Source: Patescibacteria group bacterium
Lineage (GTDB): Bacteria > Patescibacteriota > Patescibacteriia > JBHPGJ01
Assembly (NCBI GenBank): GCA_042570545.1
Contig: JBHPGJ010000007.1
Span: 275 to 64,274 of the forward strand
DNA: 64,000 nucleotides
Direction of reading: 5' to 3'
Positions within the stretch are counted from its first letter, which is position 1, and every line of letters starts with the position of its first letter. Under the pieces are notes generated by a model. It did not search any database. It saw only the letters and a program-made list of their open reading frames with translations, and was not told where the DNA came from. A program made the position numbers and the translations under genes. Of this stretch, positions 28,032 to 38,291 are shown one piece after another.

Positions 28032-28796
28032 TTATAGAAAATCTAGTAATTTATCATAATTAATAAAGTTGAAGGTTTGGAAAAACCAACCTACCCAGAC
28101 GCCCAGCTTATTGGTTACTAATAGTATGCCAATGAAAACTAAAAATGCTCCACCAGCAATGGATAATCGGTTTAACCATTTACCCATTTTTCGAAAATGT
28201 TTCATGGCCCAGCCAACGCTGCCGGCTAAGATAAGAAAGGGCACAGCCAAGCCTAGAGAAAATACCGCTAGCAATAAAGCGCCTTGCGCAACGGTGGCTG
28301 AAGAAGACGCCAACAACAGAATCGAACCCAGTATTGGTCCAACACAAGGCGTCCAGCCAAAAGCAAAGGTGGCCCCAAAAATTGTTGAGCTGATTGGCGT
28401 TCCCGGCTTTAAGTGTTTGCTGGGACTAAATCTTTTCTCAGAATTCAGGAAATTAAATATTCTGGCTTTAAAGACATGCATCATGAACAAGCCAAAAAAT
28501 ATGACAAACACACCGCCGATACGTGATAACCAGATGCGATGTTTTACTAGGGCTGATCCACCCAAGCCAAATAGACTGCCAAGTAATATAAATACCAGAC
28601 TGAACCCGATAACGTAAAAAACGCCATTTAAGAATATTTTTTTTCTGGCCCTTTTTAATTTATCTGGATCGTTTAGTTCTTCATAAGATACCCCGCTAAT
28701 AAAACCCAAGTAACCCGGTACCAACGGCAGGGTACAGGGGGCAAGAAACGTAAGCATGCCTGCTATGAATGATGGAATTATCAAAGAGTAATCCAT
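28032..28796 (-). CDS. ccdA: cytochrome c-type biogenesis / thiol-disulfide transporter CcdA (DsbD family)
   Basis: Two conserved Cys in TM1 and TM4 (LAPCTLP, TPCVGP); 6 TM. Confidence 0.7.
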   Translation of the reverse strand: MDYSLIIPSFIAGMLTFLAPCTLPLVPGYLGFISGVSYEELNDPDKLKRARKKIFLNGVFYVIGFSLVFILLGSLFGLGGSALVKHRIWLSRIGGVFVIFFGLFMMHVFKARIFNFLNSEKRFSPSKHLKPGTPISSTIFGATFAFGWTPCVGPILGSILLLASSSATVAQGALLLAVFSLGLAVPFLILAGSVGWAMKHFRKMGKWLNRLSIAGGAFLVFIGILLVTNKLGVWVGWFFQTFNFINYDKLLDFL

Positions 28797-28973
28797 TGAA
28801 TATTTAAGGGTTGTTAATTCTTTATATTTTCAATATTAATAAATCTTCTTTATTAATAATAATTATACCATTAATCATTGATGGAAAAAGTATTTTCAAC
28901 AAAATCATCTTAATTATTATTTGTACAAAGTCCGTCTCTAACGTATTATAATGATGGTTGGTGTAAAAAATAA

Positions 28974-29375
28974 ATGCATACATATACTTTTAGACTTAAA
29001 GCCGGTCAAGATGTCCGGCAAGAGATTGAATCGTTTGTAAAAGATCGGCAGATATCAGCCGGGGTTTTGCTGTCGCTTGTCGGCAGTCTGAAAGTAGCCT
29101 GTTTGAGACTAAATGGTAGCCGAGAAATAACTACCGGTGGCCCGTTTGAAATAGTATCAGCCACCGGCACCTTAGGTACCGATGGTCTACATATTCACTT
29201 ATCATTGGCCAACACTGACGGTAATGTATACGGCGGCCATTTAAAAAACGGTTGCTTAGTTCACACAACCGCTGAAGTGGTAATTGGTCACATCATTGAA
29301 GAAGAATTCCGACGAGTACCGGACGCCGACACTGGTCATCGAGAGCTTGAAGTTAAGTCTCCTAGCTCTTCTTAA
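28974..29375 (+). CDS. PPC (DUF296) domain protein
   Basis: G.EI.SLVGSL....L...HIHLSLA..DG.V.GGHL pattern of the PPC/DUF296 fold. Confidence 0.5.
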   Translation: MHTYTFRLKAGQDVRQEIESFVKDRQISAGVLLSLVGSLKVACLRLNGSREITTGGPFEIVSATGTLGTDGLHIHLSLANTDGNVYGGHLKNGCLVHTTAEVVIGHIIEEEFRRVPDADTGHRELEVKSPSSS

Positions 29376-30180
29376 ATAGTGGCCTCATCACCAGAGCCGT
29401 TATCAAGAAAATAACCGTACCTACTAAAATAATTGTAGCTCCAGAGGGCCAGTCTAAGACAAAAGAAACCAGCAACCCGATCACAATGGTAGCTTCGCTA
29501 ATAACAAAAGTCCAGGTTGTTAGCGCTTTTAGCGAACCGGTTAATAATTTGGCCGTTGCCGCCGGTAATACTAATAAGGCTGAAACTAACACGATACCAA
29601 TAACCTTTACCCCTATAATCACCGCCACAGCCAGCAGCATGCGAAAAGCAATTTCTAGTACCGCCACCTTAACACCCGTTAGTCTGGCCGTATCGGCATC
29701 AAAAGCCAACAAGAATAATTGTTGTCGATAATATACAAAAAAGACGATAAGGATAAAAGACAGGACAGCGGTGATTATTAACTCAACACTTTGAATGGAA
29801 AGAATATTACCAAAAAGAAAACTTACCAGATCAGGTTGAAATCCCCGACTAAGACTGATAATAACTACACCTAAAGACATACTAGCGGCAAAAAATATTC
29901 CGATAATAGTATCAGAAGCCAGTTTGGTTCTTCTTTCTAGCCACTCCATGAACAGGGCTAATAACATGCCAAAAACTATGGCTATCATTAGTGGTTGCCA
30001 GCCAACGGCTAGACCGATGGCAATCCCGGCCAAAGAAGCGTGAGCTAAGCCACCACCAAAAAAGGCCATACGACGTAATATAACTAAGGGGCTAAACAAT
30101 GCCAGCACTGCTCCAATGAGCACCCCGACAATAATTGATCGTTGTATAAAATCAAATTGTAAGATTTCACCCAGTGTCAT
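29362..30180 (-). CDS. znuB: metal (Zn/Mn) ABC transporter permease
   Basis: ABC-3 family permease; 8 TM; overlaps the ATPase gene. Confidence 0.7.
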   Translation of the reverse strand: MTLGEILQFDFIQRSIIVGVLIGAVLALFSPLVILRRMAFFGGGLAHASLAGIAIGLAVGWQPLMIAIVFGMLLALFMEWLERRTKLASDTIIGIFFAASMSLGVVIISLSRGFQPDLVSFLFGNILSIQSVELIITAVLSFILIVFFVYYRQQLFLLAFDADTARLTGVKVAVLEIAFRMLLAVAVIIGVKVIGIVLVSALLVLPAATAKLLTGSLKALTTWTFVISEATIVIGLLVSFVLDWPSGATIILVGTVIFLITALVMRPLFKKS

Positions 30181-30911
30181 AAATGTTTTTTCTCCCCATG
30201 TCGATAGAGAACAACATCTTGACCATAGAGTTCGTGAAACATGTCATGGCTAAGCACATTATCTGGTTGACCGAAACACATCAATTTTTTGTTGAGACAC
30301 AGAACTTGGTTAGCATACTTAAAAACCGTATCGATATCATGTGACACCATTAAGACCGTTAACTTAACATCGGATTGTAATTTTTTTATTAACTGATAGA
30401 AATTTGTTTCGCCCATTACATCTATTCCCGCTGCCGGTTCATCCATAACCAGTAGCTTAGGTTGGTGTATCAGGGCCCGGGCTATTAAAACACGTTGCAA
30501 TTGTCCGCCTGATAATACACCTAATCTAGTATTTGCTTTGTCGGCCAGATCAACTAATGCTAATACCTTATGTATCATTTCAACTGATATTTTGGTTTTT
30601 TTGGATTTATACCAAGTGGCTAAATTTATGAATTCATTAACAGAAATAGGAAAAGTATGGTCAAAATTGAATCTTTGGGGAACATATCCAACCTCACGAC
30701 AGCCTAGGTGGCCAGTGTGGCCATTTATAACAATATCACCGCTTGTTCTCGGTACTAAGCCAAGTAAACCTTTCAGTAGAGTGGTTTTGCCAGATCCGTT
30801 GGGGCCAATAATCATGGCAAAATCACCTTCGTGTAAGGCAAAAGTAATACCTTCGATAATAATCTGATTATCGTATTTTACGGATAGATTTTTTACTTCT
30901 AAAAGTGACAA
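30177..30911 (-). CDS. znuC: metal ABC transporter ATP-binding protein
   Basis: Walker A GPNGSGKTT, signature LSGGQ, Walker B LLVMDEP. Confidence 0.8.
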   Translation of the reverse strand: MSLLEVKNLSVKYDNQIIIEGITFALHEGDFAMIIGPNGSGKTTLLKGLLGLVPRTSGDIVINGHTGHLGCREVGYVPQRFNFDHTFPISVNEFINLATWYKSKKTKISVEMIHKVLALVDLADKANTRLGVLSGGQLQRVLIARALIHQPKLLVMDEPAAGIDVMGETNFYQLIKKLQSDVKLTVLMVSHDIDTVFKYANQVLCLNKKLMCFGQPDNVLSHDMFHELYGQDVVLYRHGEKKHL

Positions 30912-30993
30912 TTTATATAGTAGTTTAATTTGTTATGTTGAGCATAGATAATCATTTGCTCGGTGTCAAAAGCATTGATATACTATTTTTACT

Positions 30994-31404
30994 ATGTTTT
31001 TATTAGCTCGCTGGATTATTAATGCCATCGTACTACTAATAGTTGCTTATGCACTACCCGGTTTTACCGTAGCTAGTTTTTATTCAGCTCTAATTGTGGC
31101 CTTAATATTAGGCATTGTTAACGCTGTAATAAGGCCAATATTAATCATACTTACTCTACCAATTACTATCTTAACCTTAGGATTATTTACTTTAGTTATT
31201 AATGCTTTATTAATTTTATTAGTATCAACAATCGTCAAAGGATTTGACGTTAACTCTTTTCTGACGGCTCTGCTGGCAGCGCTTATATTATGGATCGCCA
31301 GCTGGTTTACCAATTCGCTGATAAAATCGACCAAACATCCTAATCGCCCTTTTAGGCAACCCCCTAATCAACCACCCAATCAACCGCCAATTATTGAAGG
31401 CTAA
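30994..31404 (+). CDS. DUF360 / phage-holin-family 4-TM membrane protein with C-terminal (PPNQ)3 repeat
   Basis: ALPGF...NAVIRPILIILTLPITILTLGLFTLVINALL typical of DUF360; tail RQPPNQPPNQPPIIEG. Confidence 0.55.
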   Translation: MFLLARWIINAIVLLIVAYALPGFTVASFYSALIVALILGIVNAVIRPILIILTLPITILTLGLFTLVINALLILLVSTIVKGFDVNSFLTALLAALILWIASWFTNSLIKSTKHPNRPFRQPPNQPPNQPPIIEG

Positions 31405-31457
31405 ATAAGTTTGACAACATATGATACCATTGCTATGGTGATGTCGGTTTTTTTCAA

Positions 31458-32234
31458 TTGGCAAATCATTCTACCCCACAACGTTTTCCAGGAGGTGAGA
31501 CAGTGGCCCAGAAAGATAATGCCAAAATTGTTGAACAATTAGTGCTAGCGGTACTGGCTCAAAAGCCAGAAAAGTTCTCTAATGAGAACGCTTTTGAACA
31601 GTATTACAATAGCCAGCTTGATTTGCTTAGCGGCTTGATCGGAACTTATTTCGCTGCGCCACTGACTTGCCAGTCAATCGCGCAATTTTTAATCGAAAAT
31701 AAGGTTACCGATGTTGCTCAGCAAGCCGAAATAGTTGCTTGGCTGTACGCTACTCAACTTCATCGCGGATTGATAATCACTGAAGCTGAAGGGTCCGAAG
31801 AAGCAGAAGACGACTCCGGCACAAGCGCCGGCGCTGGGAACGATGACCAAGGAGAGTCAACGATTAGGTATCCGACAACCAGGCACGAACGATACGCCAA
31901 AAAACTGGAAACGTTTATTGGCGACCCGCCACTAACTCTGGCCAAGATGGTGAACGCCACCAAGGGCAACGAAGCTGATCTGGCCAAAAAGGCAGAAGTA
32001 CCGCTGTGGTTTGTCAATTACATGGTCAGCCGTTTGAAGGGCTACAAACCATGTCATCCCAAACCAATCCATGTCTGTGATCTGGAAGCGCTGTTTGGTG
32101 AACTAGATAAGTCTATTCTGGAAACGATTTACCAGAACGACTTTGGCGCCAAACACAGTGAAGTTGTCCGGGTGATCGGCGACGAAAAGATCTTCGACAA
32201 AGCCAGAGAATGGTTTTCTAGAAATAGTACTTAA
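31458..32234 (+). CDS. hypothetical acidic protein sharing one LGxPLT...LAKK module with 32377..33681
   Basis: IGDPPLTLAKMVNATKGNEADLAKKA resembles the repeat module of the downstream gene; GC-rich. Confidence 0.45.
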   Translation: MANHSTPQRFPGGETVAQKDNAKIVEQLVLAVLAQKPEKFSNENAFEQYYNSQLDLLSGLIGTYFAAPLTCQSIAQFLIENKVTDVAQQAEIVAWLYATQLHRGLIITEAEGSEEAEDDSGTSAGAGNDDQGESTIRYPTTRHERYAKKLETFIGDPPLTLAKMVNATKGNEADLAKKAEVPLWFVNYMVSRLKGYKPCHPKPIHVCDLEALFGELDKSILETIYQNDFGAKHSEVVRVIGDEKIFDKAREWFSRNST

Positions 32235-32376
32235 ACCGCAACCAGGCTCGTTTCGCACGGGCCTTTATTTTATTGACAAAAACACATTAACCTTGTTAAG
32301 TTGAGAACAAGATTTTGGAGGGCGCTCTATCATAGAGTGGTGTTCATTTTAACGTCTAACAAGCGGAGGTGTTATC

Positions 32377-33681
32377 GTGGCTAAGGCAAGACGCAAGCCA
32401 AAAAAGAAACCCAGAACCGCCAAAGCTCATCAGCGTCCACGTCTCGCTGCTTTACGGGAGACGATCAGCATCTGGCTGGCATTCGATCCCGACATTTTCT
32501 TCGTTGACAGCGATCAGTTCTCGTCGTTTTATGACAAGAACCAGCGCCAACTCGGACGATTGGTCCAGGCGGGTTTTTCCGGTCTGAACATCGCTACTAT
32601 CGCCAGTTTTCTAAACCGGCAGGTCAAGGATCTGGCTTTAGCATTCAAGATGGTAGTCTGGTTGCGGGCGGCGCATGATCAGGGTCGGCTGACTATCAGC
32701 GACTATCAACCAGCTGAGGAGAGTCTGCAACCGGGACGCCGCAAGCAAGATGGCAGCATCCCGTGGCTGTTGGAAGAAAGACTCGGTCGTCCTCTAACGG
32801 CCAAGAAAATCCAGCAAGCGATAGACCAGGCCGGCACTTCGGCTAAGCTGGCCAAGGAATTGGGCAAACCGGGTCGCAGCAGCAGCACCAGTATCCGTAC
32901 CTTGCTTTCACGACTGAGAAAGGAAGAGGAAGGATTGGCTGGCAAGAAGAAGACCAAGACCAAGGCCAAGAGAAAGTCCAGTGGCGTCCAAGCTCGCGGC
33001 AATAGCACTCGAGCCATGTTGGCCAAGTACGTTGGTGGACGAGTGCTCAACCATCGCAAAGCCATGTTGGCTGTCAAAAAAGCTGGCGGAGTCACCAAGC
33101 TGGCCGAGAAGTTGGGCGGTCAAGCTACGGAACGCGGGGTGTCAAGCCTGTTGCACGCCTTGAAAGTTGAGGCCGAGGGAGGCAAGAGTAAAGCCAAAGC
33201 CAAGGCAAAAGCGGTCAGTAAGAGTGCAGGCTCGAAAACTCGACTTGCGCTGGAGGAGAAACTTGGTGCACCACTAACGCTGGAGAAGCTGGAACGGGCA
33301 TTATCTGATGCCGGCGGACCAAGCATGCTGGCTTCACAACTCGGCGGTAAAATCAAGGCTAATGCCATCGGCATCGTCTTGAAGCAGATGCGAAAACAGC
33401 AAGCCACTGGCAAAAGCAGTGGCCGCACCGGCAGTGCTTCAACCAGAGGGCTGGCCGAGTCAAAACTTGGCTCACCGCTGACCTATGCGGTCTTGAAGCA
33501 CGCTATCGACGAAGCTCACGGTGCCGAGAATTTCGCTAGTCAACTTGGTGGCCAAGCCTCAAAATCCAGCGTCTACACGCTACTGTCTTCGCTGAAAAAA
33601 GCGAAAGGTAGCGATCAGGCGGCAAGTTCTACCGGCTCCGGTCGTCCGAACATCGGGGACGTCACCCTCCCCGATAGCTGA
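32377..33681 (+). CDS. basic repeat protein with four tandem ~55-aa modules each ending in an HTH-like motif
   Basis: GTG start with SD GGAGGTG; KPKKKPR N-terminus; four modules L-E-x-[KR]-LG-x-PLT...AGG...LAxxLGG......[VI]xxLLxxL[KR]; Lys/Ala-rich linkers. Confidence 0.5.
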   Translation: MAKARRKPKKKPRTAKAHQRPRLAALRETISIWLAFDPDIFFVDSDQFSSFYDKNQRQLGRLVQAGFSGLNIATIASFLNRQVKDLALAFKMVVWLRAAHDQGRLTISDYQPAEESLQPGRRKQDGSIPWLLEERLGRPLTAKKIQQAIDQAGTSAKLAKELGKPGRSSSTSIRTLLSRLRKEEEGLAGKKKTKTKAKRKSSGVQARGNSTRAMLAKYVGGRVLNHRKAMLAVKKAGGVTKLAEKLGGQATERGVSSLLHALKVEAEGGKSKAKAKAKAVSKSAGSKTRLALEEKLGAPLTLEKLERALSDAGGPSMLASQLGGKIKANAIGIVLKQMRKQQATGKSSGRTGSASTRGLAESKLGSPLTYAVLKHAIDEAHGAENFASQLGGQASKSSVYTLLSSLKKAKGSDQAASSTGSGRPNIGDVTLPDS

Positions 33682-33833
33682 AAAATGGTGACAATCGTTA
33701 TCAATCCCGTTTGCTCAAAAAAGCACTCGGGATTTTAATTTTACAAATAAATAATGCTTGATATAGTAATAGTAACTGTTACTTCACAATCGATTACCTT
33801 ACCTGCGCGATAGCCAGATAGGAGGTGAAATAG

Positions 33834-35879
33834 ATGAGTTCACGCGGTTTGAATATGCATGAACAGGGAATCGAGAGAGCGTACAATCGTTCGCTTAAGG
33901 AAGTGCTTTGGTTCTACTTGGGTCCAGACAATCGTGGATTTACTATATCCCAAACATCATCGGAAATCAGCACCTACGTACCGGGATTTAGTGTTGATCG
34001 TCTCAAGAAAAGTCTGGCCAAAGTTGGCTATGTCAAACACTTAGCCGGTTGTCCATCTTTCCTTAGCGAGTCGCTAGCCAGTATCGTCAACGGACATCCT
34101 AACATCGCTGAAGTACAAAAGCAGCTCACAACTGTGCTTGATCGGGGTATTCTATATCAGACTGATCTGAAGAAGCTTGAGCCTAATCAGCGAAAGCCTT
34201 TCCGATCAGTTTGTACCAGCTTTGGTGTCAAAGACCACGTCAAACAGCCTGAAAAGGTGAAGCCAAAGAGACGCCGGAACCAGAATGCGGCGGAAGAGCT
34301 GACAGAAGGTCTGAGTTTGAGTGATCCAGTCAGGATGTATCTGAACGAAATGGGCAACGTACCGCTCTTGACCCAAGCCGGAGAAGTTGAATTAGGCGAG
34401 CGCATTGCTGCTGGCCGACAGATGGTTATTCGGGCAGTCTTCTCCCTTGACCGTACAATTGCCGAACTAGTTCGTCTGGCTACTCAAGTGGCTGAAGGCA
34501 AGCTGCGTCTGGATCTGGTCATTCACGTAGACGGCGATTACTTGCGTCCACTGAAAATGGCTGATACCCCACGGTATAATGATCTGCGTATAGTAGCCAA
34601 GATTGCCAAGCTGCGTCAGGAGATTGTCCGTTTAAAGAAACGGGCTAAGTCCAAGAAGAACAAAGATCAACTGACCAGCCTCAATCGTTCAATCGACTTG
34701 CGTCAATCCAAGCTGGCAGACATATGCGTCGGCTTACAGCTCCAGCCTAAGGTTCTGGATCGTCTGATCGCCATGGCGATAGATAAGCAAGAAGAGATTG
34801 CCAAGTATGAACTTCAACTTAAGGAGTTTGAAGAACTACTAGGCCTCTCCATGGCTGAGGTCAAACTGGAGATCAAGAAAGTGCAGGGTTACAAACGCCG
34901 TCAGGTTTTACGCGTTCGCGGAAAGGGCGTTTGGTCTCTGACTCAGTTGGAGAGCACTTATCAGCAAATGCTGTTGAATGTCAAAGCTATCCAGCGGCTA
35001 GAAAAGGAGGAAAATGTCAGTGCCGCAGAACTGAGAGATTTGATCGGCGACGTTCGACTGGGCGAGTATGAGATGGACAAAGCCAAAAGAGAACTGATCG
35101 AGGCCAATGTTCGTCTGGTAATCGCTATCGCTAAGCGCTATGTTAACCGCGGATTGGATTTTTTGGACCTGATTCAGGAAGGCAACACCGGGCTGATGCG
35201 GGCGGTTGATAAGTTTGAATACCGCTATGGTTATAAGTTCTCAACTTATGCCACTTGGTGGATCAGACAAGCTATTACCCGCGCCTTAGCCGACCAAGCT
35301 CGTACAATCCGAGTGCCAGTGCACATGGTTGAAGCCATCAATCGGGTTGGCCGAACCGTACGAAAGATGGTCCAAGAAGATGGACGCGAACCGACACCAC
35401 AAGAGATTGCTGACCGATTGGATTATCCCCTCGACAAGGTCAAGCAGATCTTGAAAGCCAGCCTTGAGCCGATTGACCTAGATCGTCCCGTGGGCGACCG
35501 CGATGAGTACAATCCTGACAGCTTAGCTGATTTTATAGAAGACACTGTTCATCCCCGGCCGGACGAGATAGCCACCGACAACGTAGCTGCTGAGCAAATG
35601 AGACAGGTATTGGCCACCTTAACCAGAAGAGAGGAGAAAGTTATTCGTTTGCGTTTTGGTCTTGGTGACGGCACACCTCGGACGCTTGAGGAAGTGGGTA
35701 CAATCTTCAATGTTACCCGTGAGCGTATTCGGCAGATTGAGGCCAAGGCTTTAAAGAAGCTGCGGCATCCATCACGGGCGAGATTATTGCGCCCCTACGC
35801 TGAAGACAAAGGCCTAGTCTATTCCAAGGGCAACGGCAGTGGTAATAAATCAACCAGTAACAGAGAACACGCACCTTAA
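33834..35879 (+). CDS. rpoD: RNA polymerase sigma-70 (primary sigma factor) with ~170-aa N-terminal extension
   Basis: Region 1.2 [11 protein letters not shown], region 2 [13 protein letters not shown] / [17 protein letters not shown], region 4 [18 protein letters not shown]; SD AGGAGGTG. Confidence 0.9.
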   Translation: MSSRGLNMHEQGIERAYNRSLKEVLWFYLGPDNRGFTISQTSSEISTYVPGFSVDRLKKSLAKVGYVKHLAGCPSFLSESLASIVNGHPNIAEVQKQLTTVLDRGILYQTDLKKLEPNQRKPFRSVCTSFGVKDHVKQPEKVKPKRRRNQNAAEELTEGLSLSDPVRMYLNEMGNVPLLTQAGEVELGERIAAGRQMVIRAVFSLDRTIAELVRLATQVAEGKLRLDLVIHVDGDYLRPLKMADTPRYNDLRIVAKIAKLRQEIVRLKKRAKSKKNKDQLTSLNRSIDLRQSKLADICVGLQLQPKVLDRLIAMAIDKQEEIAKYELQLKEFEELLGLSMAEVKLEIKKVQGYKRRQVLRVRGKGVWSLTQLESTYQQMLLNVKAIQRLEKEENVSAAELRDLIGDVRLGEYEMDKAKRELIEANVRLVIAIAKRYVNRGLDFLDLIQEGNTGLMRAVDKFEYRYGYKFSTYATWWIRQAITRALADQARTIRVPVHMVEAINRVGRTVRKMVQEDGREPTPQEIADRLDYPLDKVKQILKASLEPIDLDRPVGDRDEYNPDSLADFIEDTVHPRPDEIATDNVAAEQMRQVLATLTRREEKVIRLRFGLGDGTPRTLEEVGTIFNVTRERIRQIEAKALKKLRHPSRARLLRPYAEDKGLVYSKGNGSGNKSTSNREHAP

Positions 35880-35882
35880 CCC

Positions 35883-35917
35883 GGACTCGTTTTGTTCAGA
35901 CGAGTCCGATTTATTTT
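35883..35917. terminator. bidirectional rho-independent terminator
   Basis: GGACTCGT/ACGAGTCC 8-bp stem, 9-nt loop, followed by GATTTATTTT. Confidence 0.5.
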
Positions 35918-36237
35918 CCTTCCTTTTTATCTAAAGCCCTCAAAGCTTCCATATAATAACCTTTTATATTCAGTGACTCGGCTCCACCAAGAATGTTTAA
36001 TACCTTGTCGCGAATACCTTCGGCATTAGTTATGGTCCAGATGGATCCATATCCTTGGCGTACATTTTCAATTAAAAATTGTAGCTCTTCTGCCGAATAG
36101 GTTTTTTGCGAACCCTTTATTTCACCAGCGGCTTTTATTTCCTCATACAAATCAGCAAAAGCTCTATCCTGCTCAGCTTGTTCGCCAAACTCCCCAGCAG
36201 CCTGACCCCCCTCTGGATTTGTTGGTTTTTCACTCAT
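35911..36237 (-). CDS. hypothetical acidic protein (108 aa)
   Basis: ORF track only. Confidence 0.4.
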   Translation of the reverse strand: MSEKPTNPEGGQAAGEFGEQAEQDRAFADLYEEIKAAGEIKGSQKTYSAEELQFLIENVRQGYGSIWTITNAEGIRDKVLNILGGAESLNIKGYYMEALRALDKKEGK

Positions 36238-36371
36238 TATTTATATTATATCATTACTTGTTTACTGGATAAACCTTCGGAGCCTGCCCGCTTGACATAA
36301 TTTTGACCTCATGATAATGTCCTGGCTGATTAGAAGACTGCTCATTTCTTAAGATTTAGGCAGTTTTTTGA

Positions 36372-36920
36372 TTGTCGCTAACCACTTGGATCAGAACCAA
36401 CGTTTGCCGGCACTTACCAGTAATAACACATTTCGTGATTCGACGTATTCGTCGGAGGGTAAAAAAACGAAAATACCAAATACTACTACTGCTGATCATT
36501 TCACAATTAGTTTTTCCGCAATTTTCTAGCGCTCAAGTAGTTAGCGCTGATCAGGTCTCCTTATATTCTTTTGAGACAAATGGCGAAGTGATTATCAATC
36601 ACCTGCCGGAGAACGAGTATAAGCCAGCCAGTAAGACAATAAATCTTACCATGACGGCATATTCATCTACTCCTGATCAGACTTCGGGCGATCCTTTTAT
36701 CACCGCTTCTGGTGCCCGAGTACGCGATGGTGTGGTAGCACATAATTATTTACCCATTGGCACGAAGGTGAGATTTCCTGAAGAATTTGGTGATCAAGTT
36801 TTCACCGTTCTTGATCGGTTAAATCCTAGACATGGTCAATATGTGGTAGACCGTTGGACAGAAACGCGCGAAGAAGCAATACAGTGGGGAGCCAGAGTAG
36901 TTAAAATGGAAATAATATAA
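36372..36920 (+). CDS. 3D-domain protein (MltA/YuiC-like cell-wall-associated)
   Basis: C-terminal 3D-domain motifs (TAYSSTPDQTSGDP...ASG..V..G.VA.......GT.V..P) with signal anchor. Confidence 0.6.
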   Translation: MSLTTWIRTNVCRHLPVITHFVIRRIRRRVKKRKYQILLLLIISQLVFPQFSSAQVVSADQVSLYSFETNGEVIINHLPENEYKPASKTINLTMTAYSSTPDQTSGDPFITASGARVRDGVVAHNYLPIGTKVRFPEEFGDQVFTVLDRLNPRHGQYVVDRWTETREEAIQWGARVVKMEII

Positions 36921-36962
36921 ATTTAAGAAAGCCGGGTGAACAACCCGGTTTTCGTTATCTGC

Positions 36963-38159
36963 TTAACTATTAATATTTGGCGATACTAACTTTCTCTGGA
37001 CAACAGTTATAATCGTTAATGTAATCCAAATCATTAAAATATAAATGAAAAGCACTTGTTGAGCAGTCAATAGCATTAACAAAAAACCAGCGATAAAAGG
37101 CGAAACAGTGCCAATTAATTTATCAAAGACAGCATCAAAGCCCATTATCTCACCCCGATATTTTGATTCAACATAATCAGTGAGTAGGACAGCTTGCATT
37201 GGTCCGTACAGCGACTCGCCAATGGCATATAGGCCCGCTGCTACCCAAAAAATAAAAATACTTTCAGTAAAAGATAAAACTAAACCAAAAACTCCCAGAA
37301 ATAAAAATGATAACAATGCTGGTTTGTATAGACTTTTTGACCGATCAACAAAACGTCCTGCCCAGGGAAGTATCAGGAAGGCGACAATGCCCATAGTGGC
37401 AAATACACTACCGCTAATAGTGTCGGACGAGGCTAAGCCAAAGATTATTAATGGCCAAAGTAGCGGTTTAATCCGCCAGTTAAGTGTATAACCAATATTG
37501 GCTATAAAATAAAAAATTAATTGCGGTTTAGAGAATATATATTTAAATGAAAATAACAAATCTCGCTTCTCGTAATGTAAAGGTTTATTAGTAACACTTT
37601 TTAGCTGACTTAGCAGAAATACAATCGCTATTAATCCCAAAACGGCCATTGCTATATAAGCCGCTTGAAATGAGTATTTTTCAGATAACCATCCGCCTAA
37701 GAATGCACCGCCACTTCCGGTAATAGCCTGTACGGAATACAGAGTGCCCATAAGTTGTCCTCTTTTAGGATGTCCTTGAATGATATCTTGCATTTGGGAT
37801 ATTAGTATGGGTCCTAAAGCAACACCGCCGAGCGCCCAAATAAACTTGATTCCCATATATTGAAATATATTTATTGTCGCTGCATATAGTAGCGGCGCGA
37901 TTATACTAAAAAAAGCACCAGCGATAATAAACCGGCCACGTCCGTGCTTGTCAGAAAGACGACCTAAGAAAAGTGATAAAACGGCAAAGAAGAACGACCC
38001 AAGAGCAAATGTCAGACCGATCAATATTTTATTATCAGTAAGCGAACTTAAAAAACGTACTTCAACTGGTGCAATAAGATATCCGGCAGCGGAAATAAGA
38101 GTAGCGATAGAACCAAATATAAAAAATTGCTTCTTTATGTTTTGTTTATCATCTATCAC
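36963..38159 (-). CDS. MFS transporter (12-13 TM); start trimmed to avoid overlap with tRNAs
   Basis: MFS motif GRLSDKHGRGR between TM2-3; the track ORF extends to 38336 across two tRNA genes, so an internal GTG (VIDDKQ) is proposed as start. Confidence 0.6.
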   Translation of the reverse strand: MIDDKQNIKKQFFIFGSIATLISAAGYLIAPVEVRFLSSLTDNKILIGLTFALGSFFFAVLSLFLGRLSDKHGRGRFIIAGAFFSIIAPLLYAATINIFQYMGIKFIWALGGVALGPILISQMQDIIQGHPKRGQLMGTLYSVQAITGSGGAFLGGWLSEKYSFQAAYIAMAVLGLIAIVFLLSQLKSVTNKPLHYEKRDLLFSFKYIFSKPQLIFYFIANIGYTLNWRIKPLLWPLIIFGLASSDTISGSVFATMGIVAFLILPWAGRFVDRSKSLYKPALLSFLFLGVFGLVLSFTESIFIFWVAAGLYAIGESLYGPMQAVLLTDYVESKYRGEIMGFDAVFDKLIGTVSPFIAGFLLMLLTAQQVLFIYILMIWITLTIITVVQRKLVSPNINS

Positions 38160-38194
38160 TATTAGATTAAATAAGTATAAAGGTAATTTTACTC

Positions 38195-38281
38195 TGGTGC
38201 CGGAGGAGAGACTCGAACTCTCAAGGCCGTAAGGCCAACGGATTTTAAGTCCGTCGCGTATACCAGTTCCGCCACTCCGGC
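38195..38281 (-). tRNA. tRNA-Leu (anticodon TAA), long variable arm
   Basis: Reverse complement GCCGGAGTGGCGGAACTGGTA...; anticodon stem ACGGA/TCCGT with loop CTTAAAA; GTTCGAGTC; CCA. Confidence 0.8.
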
Positions 38282-38291
38282 TAAATATTTC

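Noticed and set aside
32369-33428. Antisense and alternative-frame ORFs (32369..32587, 32706..33098, 32908..33123, 33120..33428) over the repeat-protein gene
   Set aside because: Shadow ORFs of a GC-rich region; they lack SD sequences, and the forward frame has periodic amino-acid repeats and a good SD.
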